From Octopus sinensis (Eukaryota): 64,000 nt of DNA. Shown here piece after piece: positions 12,866 to 23,989 of this stretch. The position numbers were made by a program, and so were the translations under genes. Numbering within the stretch: position 1 is the first letter of the stretch; each line of letters starts with the position of its first letter. Under the pieces are notes generated by a model. It made no database searches, was not told the origin of the DNA, and saw only the letters and a list, made by a program, of their open reading frames with translations. The stretch spans positions 44,206,001-44,270,000 of the forward strand of contig NC_043001.1 of NCBI RefSeq assembly GCF_006345805.1. Direction: 5' to 3'.

Positions 12866-14441
12866 TCCCAACTACACATCTCAGATTTCTTCCAAATCTT
12901 CAAATCAACCACTTCCCACTTTCCCCTTAGCCTCCCCACCCTCCTCAACCTCAAACAGTACTTAACAAAACCCCGCTCCTTTGAAAACTAACCAATCTAC
13001 CTCTACCCTCTCTCCCCCTTTACCATAACACCCCCACTCCAATACCAAAGTTGTTCCAACCATAACCACAACTCTTATTTCAGATAGTGTTTCTAAAATA
13101 TTATGCAATGTTTAGTACAAGATAGAATTTGGCCACAACATTCTAGCTGTAACAATTCAGTCTTTATTTTTAAGACAATGCATCTAGGACAACATTATCT
13201 AATGCATTCTTCCTATTTTAAGGAGTAGACATGTAATTTAGGAGAGCATTGGCAGCCATTTTTAGCAGATTGAGTGCCCACACAGAAGATTCCCTTACTA
13301 CCTCAACTGCAAGGTTAATGATAAGGCAAAGGACATTATCCAGCTGTAAAAACAACTGTGCCAACAGGAAAATCATTCTATCCATGCTATCATCATCCTC
13401 ATCATCACCCTCCTGTAGTGTCCCTTTTCCATGCTGGCATGGGTCAGACAGTTTGACCAGAGCTACCAAGCAGGAGAACCACACCAGGTTCCAGTCTGAT
13501 TTGGTTTCGTTTTTTACAGCTGGATACCTTTCCTAATGCCAACAACTTTATAGTGTGTTGGGTACTTTTCACTTGGGGTCAGCACTTATTACCATATAAA
13601 AATGCATGTTAAGTAAAAGAAGACAAAATAAACAATAAACTCACCACTTTATTTCTTCCATTCAGATAGTGAAGTGCTAGAGATTGTTGACATGTCTTTA
13701 GTGAATCGGGATCCTGCATGTATCGTTTCACCAACGATTTTATATGCTTATTCAGGGTTAATTTGGGTGAAAGTCTTACTCTTAAGTTATTTGGAAAGTA
13801 ATAAGTACCACAGGTCTGGCACCAACATTTGTTTTCTGCAAAAGACATTATATAATATATATATATCATTCAACTATCTGCTGGATGGATTTAGATGAAA
13901 CTTTCAGGGATGTTTGGCTTTGTGATTGGCACGAATTTTGCCAGGCATGTTAACAATTCTGCCAGTTCACCACCTTACTAACAATAATAATGATAATAAT
14001 GGTTTCAAATTTTGCCACAAGAGCAGCAATTTTGGGGGATGGAATGAGTTGAGTACATCAACCCCATTATTCAACTGGTACTTATTTTACTGAGCCTGAA
14101 AGAATGAAAGGCAAAATCAATGGAATTTGAACTCAGAATGTAACGATGGGGAAAATACTGCTAAGCATTTCATCCAGCGTGCTAACAATTCTGCAAGCTC
14201 GCCACCTTAATAATAATAATAATTATTATTATTTCTACCAAAGGCACAGGACCTGAAATTCGTGGGGAGGGGACTAGTTAATTACATTGATCCCAGTGTT
14301 TCACTGGTATTTAATTTAACCACCCTGAACGGATGAAAGGCAAAGTTGACCTCAGAAGAATTTGAACCCAGAACATGGCGATGGATAAAATACCACTAAG
14401 CATTTCATCCGGTGTGCTAATGATTCTGCCAGCTTGCCGCC

Positions 14442-14477
<36 letters not shown>

Positions 14478-17400
14478 TAACAGCCGCTTTCCATTGATAT
14501 TTCTGAAATTTCATAACAAGCAACCAATGCTGAGTTAAGCATGAATGTGACCACAGAGGATATATTTTATTTTATTTTATTTTATCTAGTTTCAGCTCAC
14601 GAGCTGTGGCCATGCTGGGGCACCGCCATTACATGTTGAGTTTTCATGTACATTAGTTATTAAGAATCAATATATTCCCAGATACACTCTGATAAAGTAA
14701 ATAATAATAGTAATGATTATTTCAATAAACAAACAAGTGAAATAATATTTCTGTATTTAGAAGTAAATAAACTTACCTTCATTTGAGTTGTTCTTTAAAG
14801 CATTGAACCTGAAGAAGATAGAAAGGAAACAATTAAGCCATAGTCTCAGGCTGACTAAAGCCCTGTGAGTGGATCTGGAAGACAGAAACTGAAATAGGCC
14901 AGGTGAAAATAAACAAATCAACATACAGACAGATAGGTACATAAGTTATAAGAACAGACAAGCACACATACGCAAATGGAGACTGAAACACATGACCATA
15001 TACACACACTTTATTCCACACATATAGAGATGCACATTCATACAAACATGGTACATAGTTGCAAAACACACAAGGAGACAGGTGCATACATATACAAACA
15101 CATGCTCACATACACAGAAAATATACAAACACGGACATGCAAGCACATGAATATGCAGAATACATACATATATACATATGCATACACACACATGCATACA
15201 TACATGCATAACCACACAGACATACACTAACCCACACATATGTGCACAAACAAACAAAAAGGAACGCAGTGTAAATAACGGACAGAGTCAAGACTATTGA
15301 AAAGGTTGCAAGATGCAATGAAAATTTTAGGAAAATAAAAATAAGAAATAAGTGGAAATTTTACCGGTGAGTGTGTTACATTATAAGGCACAAAAAGAAA
15401 ATGACTCTCCTCAGACATAACAGAATATGCTTCAACACATGAACTCGTATAAAGAATCTTGCAAACCAAATCTAAAAACGAAATATACACACACACACAT
15501 CATCATCGTTTAGCGTCCGCTTTCCATGCAGAAGGCTGCACCAGGCCCAGTCTGATCTGGCAATGTTTCTATGGCTGGATGCCCTTCCTAACGCCAACTA
15601 CTCCATGAGTGTAGTGGGTGCTTTTTACGTGCCAGACGAGGCTGGCAAACGGCCATGATCGGATGGTGCTTTTTACGTGCCACTGGCACACACATATATA
15701 TACATATAAGTAATGAAATTAATGAAAATCAGGAGAATGGAGCTTTGCACATACATATTATATAATACAGTTATAACATCCTTTGCACATTTCAGCTACA
15801 ATTGCTGTGCATTTAGTGTGCATCTTGGTGTAGTTTCTTCAGTCTGTTGTTTACTGCTGTTTAAAGATCATCTCAAACAGCAGTAAACAACAGACTCTGG
15901 AGGAGCTGCACTGACAATTTAACACCAAGATGCACACTTAATGTGCAGTAGTTGCAACCAAAATGTGTATAAGTACAAGCGAAGAATGATGTAAATAATT
16001 GTACGATAAAATATGGATGTGCAAATCTCCGTTCTCCTGATCTACTTTAGTTTCATTATTTTCTCTATGGAAACTACGCAGTCCTTAAAAGGGACATTCA
16101 GATTTACCAAGGGTAATAACCAAGTCTTAGTAAATTTTCACTAACTTGTGTATCACCAACATTTGCTGTGGCTAGCCAGCATTGAGAACTGATCTAAGAG
16201 TTAACATGGTAACCACCAGGATTATATATCCCTTGAAACCATTTTTGCATATATATATATATATATGTACATAGTTCGTATTTGTATTTAGTTTGCAAGA
16301 TTCTTGATGTGAATTCGGGTGTTGAAAGAAATATGATTGAAATACTATAGCACAAACAATACTGAACAATAACAATAAGGGTCTGAACCAGTGCGTGCAC
16401 TTATTATTATCGGCATAATGCCCTTCCCAAGGTTCAATAGTATATATACATAGACACACACACACATATATATATATACTCTCTCTCTCTTTTACTCGTT
16501 TTAGTCATTTGACTGCACCCATGCTTGAGCACCGTCTTTAGTCAAACAAATTGACCCCAGAGCTTATTCTATTGGTCTCTTTTGCCAAACTGCTAAGTTA
16601 CAGGGACGCAAACACACCATCGATTGTCAAGCAATGTTGGGGGAACAAACTCAGACACACAAATATACATATATGATGGGCTTCTTCCAGTTTCCATCTA
16701 CCAAATCCACTCACAAGGCTTTGGTCGGCCCAAGGCTATTGTAGAAGACACTTGCCCAAGGTTCCACACAGTGGGACTGAACCCAGCACCATGTGGTTGA
16801 TAAGCAATCTACTTACCACACAACCACTCCAATATATCTATATTAATCGGAGTGTCCATAATTATATATCCATTATGGCCGATCTTACAAATCAGTTTTG
16901 CACTAGGCATTCTCCTCCAACAATAGAAAATAAAATAGGGCAACATATTTTATTCCATAACTGCCATCTCTGAAGAGTGCAGGGTTACATAATCAGACTG
17001 TTACCTGATACTGTTGAATGCCTAGTGTGAAACCAATTGTTAAGATCAGTTATAATGGATATATAACACTGTACACTTCAATTAATATATTCACTCTACT
17101 GACAGCTATACGAGTGCATTTTTTTCTTGACTTATGGATTCTTAGCTGGCTTACACACAAACATATGTGTCTTTGTGTTTGTCCCCCACCACCTCTTGAC
17201 AATGTGTTGATTAGTTTACATTTCAGTAACTTAGCAGTTCAGAAAAAGAGAAGATAGAATAAGTTCCAGGCTTATACAAATAAGTACTGGGCTCTATTCT
17301 TTTGAGAGAAATCTATAGAGCTGCGTAATTAAAGGAACGAGATGAGAATGTATTTGCTTGTACAGTGGGAGAGGTTAAAGTAACGAACGCTTACATGAAA

Positions 17401-17555
17401 TATCTTGATAGTTCGGGTGACAAAGCAAGGTATTTCTGTGCTAGAGTTGAATATCTTTTAAACTGGTCCATAATGCAAAATATCTTCTCACCAGCCTCCT
17501 GTTTTTTTTCTCTGGCCCCCTTTTTTTTCTGTTTCTCTCGTGCCATGTTGGACAT
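7206..17555 (-). CDS. C18orf21: C18orf21/UPF0711 (RMP24, RPP21-like RNase MRP subunit) orthologue; complement(join(7206..7350,9991..10090,12471..12573,13645..13835,14777..14808,17395..17555)); 243 aa (215 aa if the ATG at 17471 is used)
   Basis: Six exons with GT-AG introns and matching phases (2,1,0,1,2) give MSNMAREKQKKKGAREKKQEAGEKIFCIMDQFKRYSTLAQKYLALSPELSRYFM/FNALKNNSNEE/NKCWCQTCGTYYFPNNLRVRLSPKLTLNKHIKSLVKRYMQDPDSLKTCQQSLALHYLNGRNKV/VLTCRVCHTRNSYKGKKRLPIKWTTPSNITDNSVE/DSKLKKQQLVMEIMSEMKSEKKKASKKKASSIS/SEKQRNSKHKKTKKQPSWQVKCEMKALLNKESTVSNDDSLLNFLLTS*. The two CxxC pairs, RVRLxPK and the C-terminal LKxLL..NFL motif match remembered human C18orf21 (CPYC..SRVRLKPK..ITCKTC..QLKMLL..FRNFLSSL). 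Confidence 0.88.
8085..8350 (-). mobile_element. SINE family C, older copy
   Basis: Reverse complement resembles 60497-60808 (CTGCGATGGACCGGCGTCCCGTCCAGG, ttcgccacaactttctctcac). Confidence 0.75.
9270..9840 (-). mobile_element. SINE family B tandem train
   Basis: Several head-to-tail decayed copies. Confidence 0.75.
9991..10090 (-). CDS. C18orf21: C18orf21-like exon 5 (Lys-rich)
   Basis: ttttgcag acceptor, gtgaga donor; in frame with both neighbours. Confidence 0.85.
10560..11330 (+). mobile_element. Degenerate RTE-clade LINE 3' end with (GAT)n tail
   Basis: GTCGRGRPKKT..EVLK motif at about 11000; 3' UTR GGC(A/G)TCCAG..AGAAA and CCATCCAACCCATGCCAG; many tail-only fragments elsewhere (2330-2410, 10215-10400, 12670-12820, 13385-13570, 15500-15690). 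Confidence 0.65.
11760..12280 (-). mobile_element. CR1-like LINE 3' end with (ATT)n tail, in a C18orf21 intron
   Basis: TRGHVYKVRK..RKHFFTLRVAEAWNKLPASVV..SFKTSM is the typical CR1 ORF2 C-terminus. Confidence 0.85.
12471..12573 (-). CDS. C18orf21: C18orf21-like exon 4 (second CxxC)
   Basis: ctgaag acceptor, gtgagt donor; encodes VLTCRVC. Confidence 0.88.
13645..13835 (-). CDS. C18orf21: C18orf21-like exon 3 (first CxxC)
   Basis: ttttgcag acceptor, gtgagt donor; encodes CQTC and LRVRLSPK. Confidence 0.9.
13990..14445 (-). mobile_element. SINE family B tandem train joined through (ATT)n
   Basis: Two complete copies head-to-tail, plus a third head at about 13930-13975. Confidence 0.85.
14777..14808 (-). 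CDS. C18orf21: C18orf21-like exon 2 (32-bp small exon)
   Basis: ttcctttctatcttcttcag acceptor, gtaagt donor; phases 2 and 1 join exons 1 and 3 in frame. Confidence 0.85.
16490..16830 (-). mobile_element. SINE family A
   Basis: Same modules as 2755-3130. Confidence 0.85.
17395..17555 (-). CDS. C18orf21: C18orf21-like exon 1
   Basis: ATG at 17555 immediately preceded by an in-frame TAA; alternative ATGs at 17546 (caacATGG context) and 17471; gtaagc donor; encodes LSPELSRYFM. Confidence 0.8.
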
Positions 17556-18231
17556 TTAATTTCTTACAGTCACTTTATATATTGGTTTCACAAATATATT
17601 TCTTGTAGCCGGTAGAATGTATGCGAAGTCTCTGAATAAAATGAACGAACAGCTAGTTTCATCGCGACATATTCTAAATTAGTAATGTAGAGGAACAAAG
17701 CTGAATATTTATAAAGAAGACATTTAGTCCGAAGCTCTACCGTTTTTAACTCTCTGTTATTGCTTCATGCGGTAACATGCTCCATGAATAAAAGATCTGA
17801 AAATAGAATGGTGGAGATTTGTGTCCAGGTGACGTATCTGGTTGGTACAGAAGTTTCAAATAAGAAATGTTAATTATTTAAATGAAATTCATCACATAAG
17901 CTAATTCAATTATTAAATCCAGCCTTCAACACAGTGAATAATATAGTACCTGTAATTTGTCGTTGAATTTCAGTACACAGCTGTGTCGACCAGAAATTCC
18001 GCCGTATTTATTTTCATTTAAAACACGTGGTAAATTCATTTTAATCACTTCCGACTATAACACCGGATGTCAATCAATGGGAGATAACTCTAAACATTTT
18101 GCTCTAATTCCTTCCTCTTCATTTTCTGTTTTTATCTCTCTCTTACTACTCTCTATCTCTTATCTCTCTTTATCCTGTTAAAACTGAATTTGATTACTGT
18201 TAATAAAGGTTGCTGTAGTAGGGACAGAATA

Positions 18232-18240
18232 GGCGCGAAA
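18232..18240 (-). promoter_or_regulatory. Possible E2F-type site (TTTCGCGCC) upstream of the C18orf21-like gene
   Basis: Consensus match ~680 bp upstream of the first ATG, in a CpG-retaining segment; motif match only. Confidence 0.25.
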
Positions 18241-18786
18241 TTTGTGAACCAGCCTGTCAGTGAATGAGCCTTCACCCAAAAGACGAGCATCCAACTAATT
18301 GGATGATGTTCTTTTGAATGAAATCTATAACGCTTATGTGTGTAGTAGTAGCATCATCTCATGTGTGGTGACAATAATTTATTGTAGATCTTACTTAAGC
18401 TTTATAGAAAGAGTGCATTGATCAGAAACGAAGGATTTCCCGTCCTTAAAAGGAACGGTAAGTCATTGGGATGCAATTTCAGTGATATATTATATGCTGA
18501 ATATCCAAAAAAGATCATTAAAACTTCAAGACTGGAGACTGAAGCAGCCACGGGGATTTAGTTCAACTCTAGAATGGCTGAGATACGAGATTGTCTCCTT
18601 TGAAATGAATAACGATTATCTTTGTGTCCTTGAAGTGAGACTAAGATTATTGGAGGTCGTTTTCGTGTTAGGAGCTCATGAAACAGTGAATATTTGATGT
18701 GAGCTATCAAGGTTCCATGTAGAAAACAACTATGCAAAGAGAGAAGAGAAATAAAGTGGTCGGCGATCTTTCGTTTTGACTTGTAA

Positions 18787-18898
18787 AACTGTCATCTAAG
18801 TTCGTTAATTTCCATAAATATTTTTATTTATTTACTTTTGTTTTAAAGTGAAAGAGAGGAGAAAGTGAAAGATGTGTGTACATGTATATGAAATGGAC

Positions 18899-18929
<31 letters not shown>

Positions 18930-19034
18930 CAAGAGGGAGAGAAAGAGAGTGAGTGAGGGGCCGTTGTCATGTATACGTACATACATCAATACATATGCAT
19001 ACGTCTTTTTTGTATGTACGTGTGCATGTGTGTG

Positions 19035-19072
<38 letters not shown>

Positions 19073-19310
19073 TGAGTGAATTGTGTGTTGTCATGTATAT
19101 TTAAGTGGCACTCACTCTCTCTCTCTCTCTCTTCCTCGTTTTTTTCTCTCTTTCTTTCTCTCTCTCTCACACACACATGCACACGTCAATTTCATATACG
19201 CTTTCATACATCTTTGACTTTCTCCTCTCTTTCACTTTAAAACTAGAGTAAATCCAATAAAAAATTTTTACGGAAATTAACGAACAAAGCAGCTGATTAA
19301 GATGACAGTT
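18787..19310. repeat. Fold-back element with long imperfect inverted arms
   Basis: AACTGTCATCT..GTTCGTTAATTTCC..TTTTAAAGTGAAAGAGAGGAGAAAGT is mirrored at 19180-19310; microsatellite interior. Confidence 0.75.
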
Positions 19311-20220
19311 CGTTGACAACTTCGCGAGGTATAACGAAACATAACCGAGTGGTATTATCAGAATGCATGCAAACGGTTTATAAGTGTCAGTAAAACAGAT
19401 CGTTATTATACCGACGGAAAAGTGTAGCACAGAAATGAGCCACGAGGCTCATCAACTGATAGAATAGGGGACAAAGAGCCTCATCAGTACCCGATGCAAC
19501 GGTGCGATTTGAAAGAAAGCTCCCTATCTTGTAGATGAAAAACCGAATGATGCAACTGGTGAACAACTTATTTAGGAAATTCATATGTCAGACACGGTCA
19601 AAGGTTTTACCGCTATCACGTCTAAAGGGTGAAGGGACCGCTAGAAGGTGATATAATAGGCAAGTCTTCAGTTGATATAGATCTGTGGAAACTGTTATAC
19701 AAAGTGTATAGTGTTGTATAGTCACAACTTCAAAAGGGTATCTAACTGTTCATTTTCCAATTAAAAAAAGAAAAATCGTATAAATCTATTAAATGGATAA
19801 TAGAAAAAGCAAACTGGAATAGCAAGGCTTGTTTTAAGCTAGGTCTACCTTGTCGCGAAAGTGCATATTCAGAATATAACGAGTAAACCCTGTAGGGAAG
19901 GGAAATAACTTTTAACAAGGGGAATAACTCTTAATATTTTAGTTGAACCTGAATAATCTATGAAAGGTATGCATGTTGTCAGCCCCAACAGTATGAGGAA
20001 AATATAAAATTGTCCCTGGCTAAAAATTAAGTTACATTGATTCGTTCATTAACTATTATGTTAATTGGGTTATTAGCTATCGAACTTCAGAATCTTTTCT
20101 TTCACATTTCATTTGAAAATAAATACATTAATTTAAAAATATTAATAGTATTATAGTACTATATATACCACAAATATGATTGTGTGATAAGGTCGTAGTG
20201 CATGGTACTATCTTCTGCCC

Positions 20221-20637
20221 TGCGAGCTGGTAGGATCGTTAGCACGCCGGGCGAAATGCTTAGCGGTATTTCGCCTGCCGCTACGTTCTGAGTTCAAATT
20301 CTGCCGAGGTCGACTTTGCTTTCATCTTTTCGGGGTCGATTAAGTAAGTACCAGTTACGCACTGGAGTCGATGTAATCGACTTAATACCTATGTCTGTCC
20401 TTGTTTATTCCCTCTATGTTTAGCCCCTTGTGGGTAATAAAGAAATAGAAATAGGTATTTCGCCTGCCGCTACGTTCTGAGTTCAAATTCCGCCGAGGTC
20501 GACTTTGCCTTTCATCTTTTCGGGGTCGATTAAGTAAGTACCAGTTACGCACTGGGGTCGATATAATCGACTTAATTCGTTTGTCTGTCCTTGTTTGTCC
20601 CCTCTGTGTTTAGCCCCTTGTGGGAAGTAAAGAAATA
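20221..20637 (+). mobile_element. SINE family B (Tx1-like tail) dimer with 17-bp TSD
   Basis: TSD GGTACTATCTTCT(G/A)CCC at 20204-20220 and 20638-20654; the second, head-less unit starts at 20454. Confidence 0.9.
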
Positions 20638-21496
20638 GGTACTATCTTCTACCCTTCAAAAATAGAAGTTTTATGATAAAGCATTTCAGGTCGCTTCTCT
20701 TACACATTTTCCTTGAAATTTTAATATATCGTTTCGATATTCTTCACCTGTAAATTCAAAACTTCAATAGTCTCCTTAATTTTTATTTTATCGAATTATA
20801 TTTAAATGTACAACTGTTTCCCACTTTACGAAATATCACGTTCCGGAAAATTTTACCCTAGCATCGAATCACTTAATGCGAAGTCTATCTTTTCCATTGA
20901 TATCCATGTTATAAATTGGGGTGCGTTACGAGGAAAAAACAACTAGATTTTTACGCATGAAAATATCAATTTTTAAAAATATACAGTAGAACATGTATAC
21001 ATTTGAAAATAAATACATCAGGAAATAACTATAAATACAGTAGTCATATACAGGGCGTTTAGGCTACGATAAAACGAATTCTTTTTCTAGTTTTTATTTT
21101 ACGTTCGCAATTAATAACCTTATTACCACCGATTTACCAACCCTCCTCTACAAGTGCCAACCTTTAAATCCAGTCATATTTGTTACCGTTTACACCTCTC
21201 GTCCTACAGTTCACTTCCTGTTGGCCCCTAGTGTCTTTAACTTCTTCGCAACTCTGTATCATTTGTTATTTGCTATCACAATATCTCACTAAATTCAAAG
21301 TAAAGATTCTACTGGTGGAAAACCTGTAAAGTCATGTATACCGTCCGCGGCCATATGAGCTGCTAAGCAACTTTCGGTGGAATTCTGACTTAAACATCCC
21401 ATATAACCCCCTCATAGTTTTTTTTATTTTATTTTTTGGTATTTTCAGAAAATTTTTGTGAATTTATGTTCAATACGGGAATCATACGATTTTGAA

Positions 21497-21573
21497 AAGA
21501 AGAAGAAGAAGAAGAAGAAGAAGAAGAAGAAGAAGAAGAAGAAGAAGAAGAAGAAGAAGAAGAAGAAGAAGAA

Positions 21574-21633
<60 letters not shown>

Positions 21634-21660
21634 GAGAAGAAGAAGAAGAAGAAGAAGAAG
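21497..21660. repeat. Compound microsatellite (GAA)n(GAT)n(GAA)n
   Basis: Directly visible. Confidence 0.95.
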
Positions 21661-21964
21661 ATGTTTGTATTATTTAAGGGCGGTTTAGCTGTTATTTTTA
21701 GTACATCCAACGACCACTTGATACCTTCCTCGTCTCTTTGTCACTCTGACATGTATTGATGTTCTTCAATATTTTTCTTTTCCTAAATACATTTTATGGT
21801 TTGAAGATACACCAAAGGATGGTTCGTTGCTGGAATTCAAGCAAAAGATTCGGACTGTTCGTATTTTGAACTTGTTTTTTAATCGAAAAAGAGTGGAACT
21901 TTTAGGATTTGTGGTGTGGAGAGGAGTATAAAAAAATTCTTTCATAATCGTATGAATTCCAGTA

Positions 21965-22970
21965 CGTAGAACACAACTTCGCAAAAATTATCTGAAAATT
22001 CTCTGAAGGCTTAATGTTGTTTTTGACCTATGGCATGGTGCCGAATCCTGGATAAGCATTACGTTGTCAAGCCCAACTTCTACTCCACCTAAGGTAACAG
22101 AGAGTTCTTCAGGATATCCAGAGTTCTTAAGAATGTCCAGAGTTCTTCAGGATGTTCTTTGTGCCGATCTCCAAGCCAGATTCAATGAAGTGTGGATCCA
22201 TGACACTTCCGTCACTCGCCACGGCTTCAAATACCATTACAGATGCAGGATTCTTAGTCTCAAACACAAGGAGGGGAGACGTCAGAAGGGTTGCATGCAA
22301 TCACTCGAGTATTTCTGTGATTCACCTCAGCTTTCACAGTGAACTTCTCATCCACAAACACGAGAGTTTTTCCTTAAACTTTGATGCTTGATGAATGACA
22401 GAAGCTTTGGGTATCTATCAGCTCTGATTGCTTTGGCCTTGGCTGTTAGGAGGTAATGGCATCGTTGAACATAGCTAGTAATGCCAAGGTTCCTGTTCAC
22501 AACTCTGCACACCGTGGAAAGGGACACATTGCATTTCTTTGCAAAAGTTGTCATGGATGTGGATGGGTTGGCTTCAGTCAAGTATTTGAGGTCAGCAAAA
22601 AACTTTGGATTGTGCTTAGAATCACTTCAAATCTTGTATTCTTTTCTATCAATCTTTCCGTCTTTAAATTGTTTATACATACGATAAACTGTAGCTTTTG
22701 GAAGTTTCGCCAACTTAACAATTTTATTGGCAGTGTGCCCGGCGCGCGCCAAAACAACAATAGCGGAACGATTCTGTTATTCCATGACTTTCTGTTGTCG
22801 AATCAGTTCGCTATTTATCTGAAAAATAAAGGAGGATTAGATTTTCAAACAAGCAAGATTTTGTCAAAAAATGAAATGTTAAACGCACTAAGCAAACTGC
22901 TTAAAATTGGTCGCAATCTCTCAGCCTTTTCCTTTCTGGTTTTGAGAAGCCTAATTTCTCAGGATTGGTG
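21965..22970 (-). mobile_element. Degenerate maT/DD37D-like Tc1/mariner transposon (pseudogenised transposase, 3' truncated)
   Basis: The - strand gives ME*QNRSAIVVLARAGHTANKIVKLAKLPKATVYR (HTH), SMTTFAKKCNVSLSTVCRVV, EKFTV..NHRN..KNPASVMVFEAVASDG..PHF and QDSAPCHRSKTT, with stops and frameshifts; TA at 22971-22972. Confidence 0.8.
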
Positions 22971-23319
22971 TATGTATGTATGTATGTATGTATGTATGTA
23001 TGTATGTATGTATGTATGTATGTATGTATGTATGTATGTATGCATGCATTCATGCATGCAGGCAGGTAGGCAGGTACATACGTACGTATACATGCATGCA
23101 GAATTTAAGAGAGCTGTTAAGAAACGCACCGCCAGTGTAATGAATGAGAGAAGCTTGGTCTGTAAACATTTGCAGATATGTGTGTTTATCAAGAGCTGGG
23201 CTCGTTAGTCGCCAGCGGAGCCACAAGTGTAAAATATAATTTTATCTCAATTCCAATTGTTCTTAATGGTGGTCAGTGATGATCTTCCTCGGTTACAAGT
23301 GGGCAGCTTGTTTCACTCA

Positions 23320-23498
23320 TTGGACTGCAGTTATACTGGTGCACCACCTTGAAGGATTTAATCGAACATATCGACCTCAGTAGATATATTTTAAAATTTG
23401 GTACTTATTCTATCGTCCTCTATTTTCGGACTGGTTAGTTACGGGGATGTAAACAAACCAACACCAGTTGTTAAGCGGTGGTGGGGATAAACACAAAG

Positions 23499-23531
<33 letters not shown>

Positions 23532-23690
23532 AATCTATATATACGATGGGCTTCCACTCGATTTCTGCCAAACAAATTCCCTCAAAAGGCGTCGGTCGAC
23601 TTGAAGCAATAGCAGGAGATATTTTCCCAAAATACCGCGTTGTGGGACTAAACCTGAAACCACAAACAAGAAAGCCATTCTTGCACCTGT
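23320..23690 (-). mobile_element. SINE family A, diverged
   Basis: Same module order, many substitutions. Confidence 0.65.
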
Positions 23691-23989
23691 GTACTTTACA
23701 CAGTTTGCACTGCTGAACACTACATTTCCCAGTTAGAGCTCGTAACGATTTTGGTACCTACAGACAGTACCGTTTTCTCCAGCGATGCTTAGCTGTATTG
23801 CTGCTATCAAGGTATATTCGGGTTCATTTGGCGCACTTTGTCCTTTCGTCTTCCATGCAGTTGCCACACCAAACCAAGTGCAACTGTAACCACCAATCAG
23901 GCAGTAACTATTTTGATTTACTATTCACTGACGATTTGTTTGTTCCGTGCGCTCAGCTTTGGTCTTTCTCATACATATATCTTCTATAA

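Noticed and set aside
13218-13536. Overlapping 88-aa and 95-aa ORFs in a C18orf21 intron
   Set aside because: They largely span an RTE-tail repeat and (CAT)n; the gene model closes in frame without them.
19425-19495. Hammerhead-like fragments (GAAA-TGAGCC/GGCTCA-TC; CTGATGA on -)
   Set aside because: No helix I on +, and no GAAA after helix II on -; a complete core cannot be assembled.
22456-23208. 250-aa + strand ORF
   Set aside because: Antisense to the maT transposase relic and runs through (TATG)n.
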